A DNA stretch of 61,361 nucleotides, from contig DASUJB010000063.1 in the NCBI GenBank assembly GCA_036279475.1, positions 1-61,361 on the forward strand, written 5' to 3'. Both the position numbers and the translations under genes were made by a program. The stretch comes from Acidimicrobiales bacterium. GTDB lineage: Bacteria > Actinomycetota > Acidimicrobiia > Acidimicrobiales > VFJN01. This document shows positions 1-9,846 of this stretch, piece by piece. Positions within the stretch are counted from its first letter, which is position 1; each line of letters begins with the position of its first letter. The notes beneath the pieces are model-generated. The model saw only the letters and a list, made by a program, of their open reading frames with translations. It did no database searches and was not told the origin of the DNA.

Positions 1-34
1 TGCCGGTGGGCGTCGCCGGCCGCCGCCGACCCGG

Positions 35-949
35 ATGACGACGCCCGGGCCGGGCCGCGGGTCGATCCCGGCCGGCCGCCGGGGGCGGATGTCCTCGGCC
101 GGGCGCGGCCTGGGTGGCGAGCAGGTCGAGGGCCGGCAGGCCGTCCGCGAGCTGCTGAGCGCGGGCCGCCGTCCCGTGCGCGAGGTCTGGATGCTGGACG
201 AGCGGGGCGACTCCCCGATCCTCGACGACATCCGCCGCCTGGCGGCTGCCAGACGGGTGCCGGTGCTCCCCGTGAGCCGGGCCCGCTTCGTCGCCCGCTC
301 CCGCTGCGAGGCACCGCAGGGCGTGCTGGCCGTGGCCGACCCGCTGCCCGAGTCGACCCTCGAGGACCTCCTCGCCCCGCCGGGTGGGGGGGCACCGTTC
401 CTGATCGCCCTGGACGGCATCACCGACCCCGGGAACCTGGGGGCGGTGCTCCGCTCCGCCGAGTGCGCCGGCGCCACCGGCGCGGTGTTGCCCCGCCACC
501 GGGCCGTGCACGTCACCCCGGCCGCCACCAAGGCGGCGGCCGGGGCTGTCGAGCACCTGCCGATCGCCGTGGTCGGAGGGTTGCCCACGGCTCTCGCCGA
601 CCTGCGCCGGGTCGGCGTCCACCTGGTGGGGCTCGACGGCGGTGCGTCGGCCACCCTCGACGAGCTGGTGGGCGCCGAGGGTCCCGTGTGCCTGGTGCTG
701 GGCTCCGAGGGGCGGGGGCTGTCGCGGCTGGTCCGGCAGCGCTGCGACCAGGTGCTGGCCATCCCGACGGCCGGTGCGTTGAGCTCGCTCAACGTGTCGG
801 CGGCCGCCACCCTGGCCTGCTTCGACGTGGCTCGGCAGCGCCGGACCTCATCGGGAGGGGGGAGGGGTGGCGCCGGCAGGGGACGGCCGGCTGAGCCCGA
901 GGGGGGACGGCCGGCTGAGCCCGAGGCGGGAGTCGAACCCGCGACCTGA
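35..949 (+). CDS. rlmB: TrmH/SpoU-family 23S rRNA 2'-O-methyltransferase (RlmB-like)
   Basis: 304-aa ORF with SpoU motifs (DGITDPGNLGAVLRSAECAGA, LVLGSEGRGLSRLV, IPTAGALSSLNVSAAA). The last ~40 aa are a Gly/Arg/Pro tail that includes a tandem duplication and runs antisense into the tRNA gene. Confidence 0.85.
   Translation: MTTPGPGRGSIPAGRRGRMSSAGRGLGGEQVEGRQAVRELLSAGRRPVREVWMLDERGDSPILDDIRRLAAARRVPVLPVSRARFVARSRCEAPQGVLAVADPLPESTLEDLLAPPGGGAPFLIALDGITDPGNLGAVLRSAECAGATGAVLPRHRAVHVTPAATKAAAGAVEHLPIAVVGGLPTALADLRRVGVHLVGLDGGASATLDELVGAEGPVCLVLGSEGRGLSRLVRQRCDQVLAIPTAGALSSLNVSAAATLACFDVARQRRTSSGGGRGGAGRGRPAEPEGGRPAEPEAGVEPAT
879..926. repeat. Perfect 24-bp tandem duplication (ggggacggccggctgagcccgagg x2) spanning the 3' end of tRNA-Thr
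   Basis: Read directly: 879-902 is identical to 903-926. The last 9 nt of copy 2 (918-926) are the discriminator plus 3' acceptor strand of the tRNA on the minus strand. Confidence 0.9.
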
Positions 950-991
950 CGCTTACAAGGCGCCTGCTCTGACCAGCTGAGCTACTCGGGC
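918..991 (-). tRNA. tRNA-Thr (anticodon UGU), no encoded CCA
   Basis: Hand-folded reverse complement GCCCGAG-TA-GCTC-AGCTGGTCA-GAGC-A-GGCGC-CTTGTAA-GCGTC-AGGTC-GCGGG-TTCGACT-CCCGC-CTCGGGC-T. It has a 7-bp acceptor, 4-bp D stem, 5-bp anticodon stem and 5-bp T stem with a TTCGA loop. Confidence 0.9.
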
Positions 992-1040
992 GGGGCCGTC
1001 GCGCATGCTAGGCGCTCCGGGTCCACGGGCGGGCTCGGGG

Positions 1041-1120
1041 CCCGGGTCGGCGGCCAACGGGTGGGCCGGGGGCCGGGTCGGCGGCCAACGGGTGGGCTGG
1101 GGGCCGGGTTCGGGCGGCCG
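1041..1120. repeat. 31-bp tandem repeat, about 2.6 copies, in the tRNA-Thr / DUF3263 divergent intergenic region
   Basis: 1041-1071 (cccgggtcggcggccaacgggtgggccgggg) and 1072-1102 differ at 2 positions. A degenerate partial third copy lies at 1103-1120. Confidence 0.85.
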
Positions 1121-1214
1121 ACTCGCTGGCCGCGGCTCGGGTCCGGGCGCGGCCGGGCGGCCCCCGCCGCGTGGGTGCTTGCATCGCGCGGGGCGCACGG
1201 CCAGCCTTGGGTCA

Positions 1215-1469
1215 GTGGTACTCAGCGAGCGCGACCGGGCGATCCTCGACCTCGAGCGGGAGTGGCGACTCCTGCCCACGTCGAAGGCGACGGCCATCCG
1301 CACCCGGCTCGGCATCTCCCCGACCCGCTACTACGCACTGCTCGACGTGCTGATCGACGATCCCGCCGCCGCCCTCCACGATCCGCTCGTGGTCCGGCGC
1401 CTGCGCCGGTCGCGGGCCGAGCGGCGCCGGCTCCGGGCCGAGGGCCGTCGCCTCGGGCACGGCCCCTGA
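1215..1469 (+). CDS. DUF3263-like small protein
   Basis: In-frame GTG at 1215 inside ORF 1005..1469. VVLSERDRAILDLEREW...ISPTRYYALLDVLIDDP matches my memory of DUF3263 proteins. The upstream part of the ORF is repeat-derived Gly/Arg sequence. Start is uncertain. Confidence 0.6.
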   Translation: MVLSERDRAILDLEREWRLLPTSKATAIRTRLGISPTRYYALLDVLIDDPAAALHDPLVVRRLRRSRAERRRLRAEGRRLGHGP

Positions 1470-1479
1470 GGAGGCGACC

Positions 1480-2010
1480 ATGCCCACAACCGAGCGTCCC
1501 CCCACCCGCCCGGCCCGGGGCTCCAGCCCCATGCGGGGTGTGGCCCTCGTGGCCGTGGCCGTGGTGCTCGGCTTCTTCGTCCTCCGGGCCATCGACGACA
1601 CCGGCGGCGGGCCCTCCGCCGCCGAGGTCGGAGCTCCCGGCACCACGGAGGCCGCGTCCAGCCGCACCACGGCTCCTCCCCCGTCCGAGCCCTCGACGCC
1701 CGCTCCCCACCCGCCCGGCGAGGTCGTCGTCCTCGTGGCCAACGGCTCGGGGGTCCAGGGAGCGGCGGGCACGCAGGCGCAGGCCATCCAGGACGGTGGG
1801 TACCAGGTGCTGCCGGCAGCCAACGCTCCCCAGCGGGTCGAGGCGACCCAGGTGCTCGCCACCCCGGGCTTCGAGGCCGACGCCGAGGCGCTGGCCCGGG
1901 CCATCGGTGCTCCGCCCGGGGCGGTGGCCGCCATGCCCGACCCACCGCCGCTCGACCTGGCCGGCGCCGACGTGCTGGTGGTGCTGGGGCCCGACCTGGC
2001 CCAGGGCTGA
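1480..2010 (+). CDS. LytR_C domain-containing membrane protein
   Basis: 176 aa with an N-terminal TM helix (VALVAVAVVLGFFVL), a Pro/Ser linker, and a C-terminal VVVLVANGSGVQGAAG...VLVVLGPDLA pattern typical of the LytR C-terminal domain. Confidence 0.7.
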   Translation: MPTTERPPTRPARGSSPMRGVALVAVAVVLGFFVLRAIDDTGGGPSAAEVGAPGTTEAASSRTTAPPPSEPSTPAPHPPGEVVVLVANGSGVQGAAGTQAQAIQDGGYQVLPAANAPQRVEATQVLATPGFEADAEALARAIGAPPGAVAAMPDPPPLDLAGADVLVVLGPDLAQG

Positions 2011-2101
2011 GCTCGACCGTCCTGGGCGTGCCTCACCTGGCGCGTCGACCGGCGGGGGGTGCCTCCAGGGCCGTCACCTGCCCACCGCTACGGTCGGGCC
2101 G

Positions 2102-2905
2102 GTGACCGACGAGCGTGCCCTCCTCGCCCCCTTCCTCGACCGTCCCCGGGACGCCGGCATCGTCCTCGACTTCGACGGCACCCTGGCACCCATCGTCGAC
2201 GCCCCCGCCGCCGCCCACCTCGCGGCCGGGGCGGCCGAGGCCCTCACCGCCGTCGACCGGCGGTTCGCGCTGGTGGCCGTCCTGTCCGGCCGGCCCGTCG
2301 ACTTCCTGCGCACGGTGGTGCCCGAGGGCATCACCCTGTGCGGGCTCTACGGCCTCGAGGTCCTGCGGGCGGGATCCCGTCACGACCACCCCGGGGCGGG
2401 AGCATGGCGGGAGGCCGTCGCCGACGTGGCCCGCTCCTCGGTCGACTGCGGCCCCTCCGGGATGGACGTGGAGGAGAAGGGCCTGTCGCTCACGTTGCAC
2501 TACCGCCGCCACCCCGAGGCGGCCGGGGCCGTGGAGGCCTGGGCCCGCCAGCAGGCGACCCGGTCGGGCCTGGAGGCCCGGGGGGCGAAGATGTCGGTCG
2601 AGCTGCACCCCCCCCTCGCCATCGACAAGGGCACGGCGCTGGAGGAGCTGGCCGGCGACCTGGAGGCGGTGTGCTTCGTGGGGGACGACCGGGGCGACCT
2701 GGCGGCCTTCGAGGCCCTCGATCGGCTGGCCGGGCGGGGAGCGCACGTGCTGAGGGTGGCCGTGGGTGGCGCCGAGGCGCCCCCCGAGCTGGTGCAGCGG
2801 GCCGACCTGGTGCTCGACGGCCCCGACGCCGTGGTGGGGTTCCTGCGGTCGCTGGTGCCGGAGACCTCGCCGTACCCGGGGACCGACGCCGCTCCCGATC
2901 GTTGA
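2102..2905 (+). CDS. otsB: Trehalose-6-phosphate phosphatase (HAD family)
   Basis: C-terminal 267 aa of ORF 1061..2905, from GTG 2102. HAD motifs are VLDFDGTLAP and FVGDDRGD. It is convergent with otsA. Confidence 0.8.
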   Translation: MTDERALLAPFLDRPRDAGIVLDFDGTLAPIVDAPAAAHLAAGAAEALTAVDRRFALVAVLSGRPVDFLRTVVPEGITLCGLYGLEVLRAGSRHDHPGAGAWREAVADVARSSVDCGPSGMDVEEKGLSLTLHYRRHPEAAGAVEAWARQQATRSGLEARGAKMSVELHPPLAIDKGTALEELAGDLEAVCFVGDDRGDLAAFEALDRLAGRGAHVLRVAVGGAEAPPELVQRADLVLDGPDAVVGFLRSLVPETSPYPGTDAAPDR

Positions 2906-2926
2906 GGGCGGATCGGGCGAGCGGCG

Positions 2927-4294
2927 TCAGCCCACCGCCAGCTGGTCGGCCAACCAGTCGGCCGGGCGGCGGGCGAGGGCCAGCTCTCGCCATCGTGCGG
3001 CACGTGCCGCCCGCTCCCCGGCGGGGAGGCCGAGGGCCCGGTCGAGCACCTCGGCCGTGCCGGCCACGTCGAAGGGAGCGACGGCCAGGGCCGCCTCCCC
3101 GATCTCGTCCCAGACCCCGGCCTCGGGGGAGAGGCACAGCACGGCGTCGCGCTCGTTGACGACAGCCCCCTCCTTGGCGACCAGGTTGAGGCCGTCGCGG
3201 ATGGGGTTGACCAGCAGTGCGTCCGCCCGCCGGAGCACGGCGATCGACCGGGCGTAGTCGTCCTCGGTGTCGTAGACGACCGGCGTCCAGCCGGGCGTGG
3301 CCCAGCGCTCGTTGATGCGGGCCACGGTGGCGTCGACCTCCTCCCGGTACGTGCGGTAGGCGGGGACGCCGGTGCGCGACGGGTAGACCGAGGCGAGGAA
3401 CACGACGCGGCCCCGCCACTCCGGGTGGCGCTCGAGGAGGGCGTCGAACGCCAGGAAGCCCCGCCCGATGTTCTTCGAGAGCTCGATGCGGTCGACCCGG
3501 GCCACGACGAGCCGGTCGCCCACCAGGTCGTCGAGCGCGGCCAGCGCTGCGTGGCAGGCCGTCGACGCCGCCGTGCGGCGCACGTCCTCGGCCGCGACCG
3601 GGAGGGGTGACGAGAAGGTGCGGGGCACCGCCGCCCCCAGCTCCCGGCAGCAGGCGGTGAAGTCCGCGGCCCAGCGAGGGGTGTGGAAGCCGCAGGCACC
3701 GTGGCCGGCGAGCCCGGCGAGGAGCTCGCCGGCGAGGTGGGGGGGCAGCACCCGCAGCCAGGTCGGCGTGGCGAAGGGCGTGTGGTGGAAGTGCACCGTG
3801 GCGAGGTCGGGCCGTCGTCCGGCCAGCGACGAGCCCAGCAGCGACAGGTGGTAGTCCTGCACCAGGACCATCGCACCGGGCGGTGCGGTCTCGGCCACCG
3901 CCAGGGCGAACGCCTCGTTGACCTGGCGATAGGCGGCCCAGGCGTCGGCCAGCTCCGGCCCGAAGGCCGGCTCCCGCGGCAGGTCGTAGAGCCCGTGGTG
4001 CAGGAACCACAGGATCTGGTTGCTCACGACGTCGTAGGCGAGCCGGTAGGTGTCCGGGTCGACCGTCACCAGGCGCACCCGGAACCCCTCGGCATCGACG
4101 ACGCCGGCCTGGGCGGCCCGGCGGTCGCCGTCGGACATGGCGGCGGCCACCCACAGGGTCTCGGTGCCCGTCACGAGCCCTCCCAGGCCGGAGACCAGGC
4201 CGCCGGCGCCGCGCCGGGCTACGAGGGCACCGTCGCCGGCGTCGTGGAACGACAGCGGGCCTCGGTTGGACACGATGACGACGGCGCGGTCCAC
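2927..4294 (-). CDS. otsA: Alpha,alpha-trehalose-phosphate synthase (GT20)
   Basis: 455-aa ORF with VVIVSNRGPLSF, VQDYHL and a full-length GT20-like sequence. Confidence 0.85.
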   Translation of the reverse strand: MDRAVVIVSNRGPLSFHDAGDGALVARRGAGGLVSGLGGLVTGTETLWVAAAMSDGDRRAAQAGVVDAEGFRVRLVTVDPDTYRLAYDVVSNQILWFLHHGLYDLPREPAFGPELADAWAAYRQVNEAFALAVAETAPPGAMVLVQDYHLSLLGSSLAGRRPDLATVHFHHTPFATPTWLRVLPPHLAGELLAGLAGHGACGFHTPRWAADFTACCRELGAAVPRTFSSPLPVAAEDVRRTAASTACHAALAALDDLVGDRLVVARVDRIELSKNIGRGFLAFDALLERHPEWRGRVVFLASVYPSRTGVPAYRTYREEVDATVARINERWATPGWTPVVYDTEDDYARSIAVLRRADALLVNPIRDGLNLVAKEGAVVNERDAVLCLSPEAGVWDEIGEAALAVAPFDVAGTAEVLDRALGLPAGERAARAARWRELALARRPADWLADQLAVG

Positions 4295-4379
4295 GGAGGA
4301 GCGAGGCTACCGCGAGGGGTCCCGGCCACCGCGGGGTGGCGGGCCACGGCCGTGGGGAGCCGCGGGGACCGGACGTGGT

Positions 4380-4472
<93 letters not shown>

Positions 4473-4501
4473 ACCCCGGGGCCGTGGGCCACAATCGTGC
4501 C

Positions 4502-5518
4502 GTGCGCGTGGTGATCGCCCCCGACAAGATGCGCGGCACGGCCAGCGCTCGCCAGGTGGCGGCGGCGGCCGGGCGTGCCGCCCGGGCCGCCGGGTGGCGG
4601 GCGGACGAGGTGCCGGTGGCCGACGGTGGCGAGGGCACGCTCGACGTGCTCGGGGGGCCCAACCGGGCCACCACCGTGACCGGCCCGTTGGGGGAGCCGG
4701 TGGAGGCCGGCTGGCGGCTGAGCGGCCGCACGGCCGTGGTCGAGATGGCCCGGGCGTCCGGCCTCCAGCTGGTGGGCGGGGCCGAGGGCAACGATCCCGT
4801 CGGGGCGTCGACGGTGGGGACGGGAGAGCTCCTGGCCGCGGCGGTCGACGCCGGGGCACGGCGCATCCTCGTGGGGCTCGGGGGGTCCGCCACCACCGAC
4901 GGCGGACTCGGCGCCCTGCGTGCCCTCTACCCCCTGCACCGGCTGGCCGGCGTCGAGATCGAGGCGCTGTGCGACGTGCGGACCGCCTTCGTCGACGCCG
5001 CCGCCGTGTTCGCGCCACAGAAGGGTGCGTCGCCCGCCCAGGTCGAGCTGCTGCGCCGGCGCCTCGAGCGACTCGCCGACGTCTACCTGGCCGACCACGA
5101 CGTCGACGTGCGGGCCATGGAGGGGGCGGGGGCGGCCGGGGGCCTGGCGGGGGGGCTGGCGGTGGCGGGCGCCCGCCTCGTGGCCGGGTTCGACGCGGTG
5201 GCCGAGGAGGTCGGCCTGCCCGAGCTGATCGAGGGTGCCGACCTCGTCCTCACCGCCGAGGGCTTCCTCGACGAGCAGTCCTTCGACGGCAAGGTCGTGG
5301 GGGGCGTGGCCCAGCTCGCTCGGGACGCCGGGGTCCGGTGCGTGGCCGTCGTGGGCGAGGTGGTCCCCGACCTCGGGCCCGAGCTGCGCTCGGCCGTCGA
5401 GGTGGTGTCCCTGGTCGAGCGCGTGGGTGAGCAGCGGGCGCGGGCCGACGCCACCACGTGCGTCGAGGAGGTCGTGGCCGGCCTCCTGGCCCGGCACCGC
5501 CCGCCCTCGGGGGAATGA
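4502..5518 (+). CDS. Glycerate kinase family protein
   Basis: C-terminal 338 aa of ORF 3683..5518, from GTG 4502. Carries VVIAPDKMRGTASA, ADGGEGT and GLGGSATTDGGLG signatures of the glycerate kinase family. Confidence 0.8.
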   Translation: MRVVIAPDKMRGTASARQVAAAAGRAARAAGWRADEVPVADGGEGTLDVLGGPNRATTVTGPLGEPVEAGWRLSGRTAVVEMARASGLQLVGGAEGNDPVGASTVGTGELLAAAVDAGARRILVGLGGSATTDGGLGALRALYPLHRLAGVEIEALCDVRTAFVDAAAVFAPQKGASPAQVELLRRRLERLADVYLADHDVDVRAMEGAGAAGGLAGGLAVAGARLVAGFDAVAEEVGLPELIEGADLVLTAEGFLDEQSFDGKVVGGVAQLARDAGVRCVAVVGEVVPDLGPELRSAVEVVSLVERVGEQRARADATTCVEEVVAGLLARHRPPSGE

Positions 5519-5621
5519 GGGGGGCGAGGGGGCCGTTGGGTACGATCCGGGCGATCCCCCGGCCGTCGACGCCCACCTCCGGGGTCGACCGCGATCCGTC
5601 TCCAGCCGAGGACCAGTCACG

Positions 5622-5897
5622 ATGAGCGTCTCCGTCCGCATCCCCACCACGCTGCGCCCCCTCGCCGGCGGCCGGTCCGAGGTGTCGCTCGAGGGGGCGA
5701 ACGTGCGAGAGGTCATCGCCCACCTCGACGGTGCCCACCCCGGGTTCGCCGACCGCCTCCTCGACGAGGACGGCAACCTCCGGCGCTTCGTCAACGTCTT
5801 CGTGGCCGACGACGACATCCGCTTCCTCGACGGCCTGGACACCCCGGTGCCCGACGGCGCCGAGGTGGCCATCATCCCGGCCGTGGCCGGCGGCTGA
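5622..5897 (+). CDS. cysO: MoaD/ThiS-family sulfur carrier, CysO-like (C-terminal GG)
   Basis: 91 aa from ATG 5622. IPTTLRPLAGG...RFVNVFVADDDIRF...IIPAVAGG closely parallels M. tuberculosis CysO as I recall it. Confidence 0.75.
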   Translation: MSVSVRIPTTLRPLAGGRSEVSLEGANVREVIAHLDGAHPGFADRLLDEDGNLRRFVNVFVADDDIRFLDGLDTPVPDGAEVAIIPAVAGG

Positions 5898-5927
5898 GGG
5901 CGGCGACCCCTCGGGTCGTCCTGACGA

Positions 5928-5954
5928 TTAGCACTCTCCGGTTGCGAGTGCTGA
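5928..5954 (+). promoter_or_regulatory. CIRCE operator 1 (HrcA site)
   Basis: TTAGCACTC-N9-GAGTGCTGA against the consensus TTAGCACTC-N9-GAGTGCTAA. Confidence 0.85.
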
Positions 5955-5968
5955 ACCTCCGTGGTTGA

Positions 5969-7657
<1,689 letters not shown>

Positions 7658-7684
7658 GCCTGCTCCCCCCGCCCTGACGATGTC

Positions 7685-7712
7685 GGACCGCCGCCCTCCG
7701 GGGCGGCGGTCC
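7685..7712 (+). terminator. GC-rich hairpin downstream of groEL
   Basis: ggaccgccgccc-tccg-gggcggcggtcc forms a perfect 12-bp stem with a 4-nt loop, 28 nt after the groEL stop. No clear U tract follows. Confidence 0.6.
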
Positions 7713-7767
7713 CGCGCCGGGGCCGCCGGCCCGACCGCGCCACCGGACCGCCGGTAGCTTCGGGGGC

Positions 7768-8439
7768 ATGCAGGGCACCCGCATCGTGATGGTCCGGCAC
7801 GGCGAGTCCATGGCGCAGGAGCGCGGGGTCGTCGGTGGGCACAAGGGCTGCACCGGTCTCTCCGACCGGGGCCGGGCCCAGGTCGGAGCCCTGCGCGACC
7901 GGTGGAAGGCCGTCGACGAGCTGGGCGGTGACGTCGTGCTGTACGCCAGCGTGATGCGCCGGGCCGTCGAGACGGCGGAGATCCTGGCACCGGTCCTGGG
8001 TGACCCGGTGATCAGCGAGGACTGCGCCTTCTGCGAGCACCACCCGGGCGAGGGCGACGGACTGCCCTGGGCCGAGTTCGACGAGCGCTATCCCCACCCC
8101 GGCGACGACTGGCACCCGGACCTCCGGCGCGATCCCGGCAGCGAGACGTGGAACGAGATGGCGGCGCGCGTCCGCGCCGGCGTGGACCGCCTGGTGGCCG
8201 ACCACCCCGGCCGGACCGTGGTCGTGGCCTGCCACGGCGGGGTCATCGTCCAGACCATGATCCGGTCGCTGCGGATCGACGTCGACGCCACCGGCCAGCG
8301 GGCCTGGTTCGGCCCCGACAACGCCTCGATCACCGAGTGGCGCTGTGGCCCCAACCCCTACGCCAGGCGGTCGGGCGAGTGGCAGCTGGTGCGGTTCAAC
8401 GACCACGCCCACCTGGCCGCCAGGGGGCTGGGGCGCTGA
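7768..8439 (+). CDS. Histidine phosphatase (phosphoglycerate mutase-like) family protein
   Basis: 223 aa. RHG motif (IVMVRHGES) and a later CHGGVI motif. Confidence 0.8.
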   Translation: MQGTRIVMVRHGESMAQERGVVGGHKGCTGLSDRGRAQVGALRDRWKAVDELGGDVVLYASVMRRAVETAEILAPVLGDPVISEDCAFCEHHPGEGDGLPWAEFDERYPHPGDDWHPDLRRDPGSETWNEMAARVRAGVDRLVADHPGRTVVVACHGGVIVQTMIRSLRIDVDATGQRAWFGPDNASITEWRCGPNPYARRSGEWQLVRFNDHAHLAARGLGR

Positions 8440-8465
8440 TCCGGCCCGGGATCGCGCCACGGACC

Positions 8466-8945
8466 TCAGCGCTCGTGGCGGGAGGCCGGGGGGATCCAGC
8501 GGGGGTCGACGTCGTCGTCGGGCTCGAGGGGGCGCATGGCGAGGTCGATGGCGCTCCATAGCGTCTTGGACACGGGGTAGAAGAGCAGGGGGACGACGAC
8601 GGCGGTGGCGACGATCAGCACCACCGCCCCCACGGCCGACTCGTCCTGGTAGGTGGCCACGAAGCCGACGAGGACGGCCACCATCACGGCGCCGAAGCTC
8701 ACGATGGTGTTGAGGCCCAGGGCACCGAGCCAGTGCCCCTCGATGCGCTCGAGCCGGAAGCCGCAGCGGGGGCACCGGTCGGCGATGGTGAACCAGCGCC
8801 GGAAGAGGCGCCCCTGGCCGCACAGCGGGCAGCGGCGGGTCAGGCCTCGCAGCAGCAGCCGCGACACGGTCAGGGGCGGGGGGGCCTCGGGCTCGCCGTC
8901 GCCGGGCGGGCTGGGGGCAGCAGGCTGGTCCACGCCGCCGAGCAT
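8466..8945 (-). CDS. DUF983-like zinc-ribbon membrane protein
   Basis: CPLCGQGRLF...CPRCG followed by two TM helices. I chose ATG 8945; the ORF extends to 9050, but that start would overlap fdhD. Confidence 0.6.
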   Translation of the reverse strand: MLGGVDQPAAPSPPGDGEPEAPPPLTVSRLLLRGLTRRCPLCGQGRLFRRWFTIADRCPRCGFRLERIEGHWLGALGLNTIVSFGAVMVAVLVGFVATYQDESAVGAVVLIVATAVVVPLLFYPVSKTLWSAIDLAMRPLEPDDDVDPRWIPPASRHER

Positions 8946-9043
8946 GCCCGACGGTGGCTCCGACGCGGCAAGGCCCGACCGGGCACGTGCCGCCGGGCCC
9001 GGCAACGGCGCGAGCGCGGGGGTGACCGGTACCCTCGGCCGCG

Positions 9044-9841
9044 GTGCCACGAGGACGCACGGCCAGGGTGCTGACCCATCACTACGACGGCCGGCGGGTC
9101 AGCCGCCAGCCCGACCACCTCATCGTCGAGGAGCCCCTCGAGATCCACCTCGACGGGGTGCTGGTGGCCACCACCATGCGCACGCCGGGCCACGACTTCG
9201 AGCTGGCAGCCGGGTTCTGCTTCACCGACGGCCTGCTGGACGGGGCGCCGGTGCGCACGTGCCGGTACTGCGGCACCGGGTCGGCGGTCGAGAGCGCGTT
9301 CAACGTGGTGACGGTGGACACCGGGGGGCGGGCGCCCACGCCCACCCCCCGTCTCACGCCCACCACGTCGGCCTGCGGGATGTGTGGCGCCACGACGGTC
9401 GAGGTCCTGCGGGAGCGGTTGCGCCCGCTGCCGGTCACGCCGCCCGTCGCCCTCGAGGTGCTGGCCGGCGTGGCCGACCGGGCCGGCGCCGGCCAGCCGC
9501 TGTTCGGCGAGACCGGTGCCGTGCACGCCGCCGTGGCGTTCGACCGGGCCGGCGCCCCGGTGCTCGCCCGCGAGGACATCGGGCGCCACAACGCCGTCGA
9601 CAAGGTGGTGGGACGCCTGCTCCTCGACGGCGACCTGCCGGCGGGCGACCGGGGGCTCTACGTCAGCGGCCGGGCCAGCTTCGAGATCGTGCAGAAGGCG
9701 TGGGCCGCCGGCTTCGGCACGGTCGTCGCCGTCAGCGCCCCCTCGTCGCTGGCCGTCGAGGCCGCCCGCCTGGCGGGCATGACCCTGTGCGGCTTCGCCC
9801 GAGGCGGCCGCGTGAACGTGTACACCGGCCTGGGAGGTTGA
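9044..9841 (+). CDS. fdhD: Formate dehydrogenase accessory sulfurtransferase FdhD
   Basis: 265 aa with VEEPLEIHLDG, TPGHDFELAAGF, a CGMCG motif and GRHNAVDK. Confidence 0.85.
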   Translation: MPRGRTARVLTHHYDGRRVSRQPDHLIVEEPLEIHLDGVLVATTMRTPGHDFELAAGFCFTDGLLDGAPVRTCRYCGTGSAVESAFNVVTVDTGGRAPTPTPRLTPTTSACGMCGATTVEVLRERLRPLPVTPPVALEVLAGVADRAGAGQPLFGETGAVHAAVAFDRAGAPVLAREDIGRHNAVDKVVGRLLLDGDLPAGDRGLYVSGRASFEIVQKAWAAGFGTVVAVSAPSSLAVEAARLAGMTLCGFARGGRVNVYTGLGG

Positions 9842-9846
9842 GCCCG

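Noticed and set aside
879-1120. Integrated mobile element or genomic island at tRNA-Thr.
   Set aside because: No integrase, excisionase, transposase or phage genes lie on either side. The flanking genes (rlmB, DUF3263, LytR_C, otsB) are typical core neighbours. The duplicated tRNA 3' end is tandem with nothing inserted.
1061-2905. The ORF track suggests large fusion proteins (614 aa here; also 8653..12075, 17010..19463, 18698..20863, 20986..23613, 33153..35576 and 57979..60399).
   Set aside because: Only the C-terminal parts have protein-like composition and family motifs. The N-terminal parts overlap other well-supported genes or are low-complexity. I used internal ATG/GTG starts instead.
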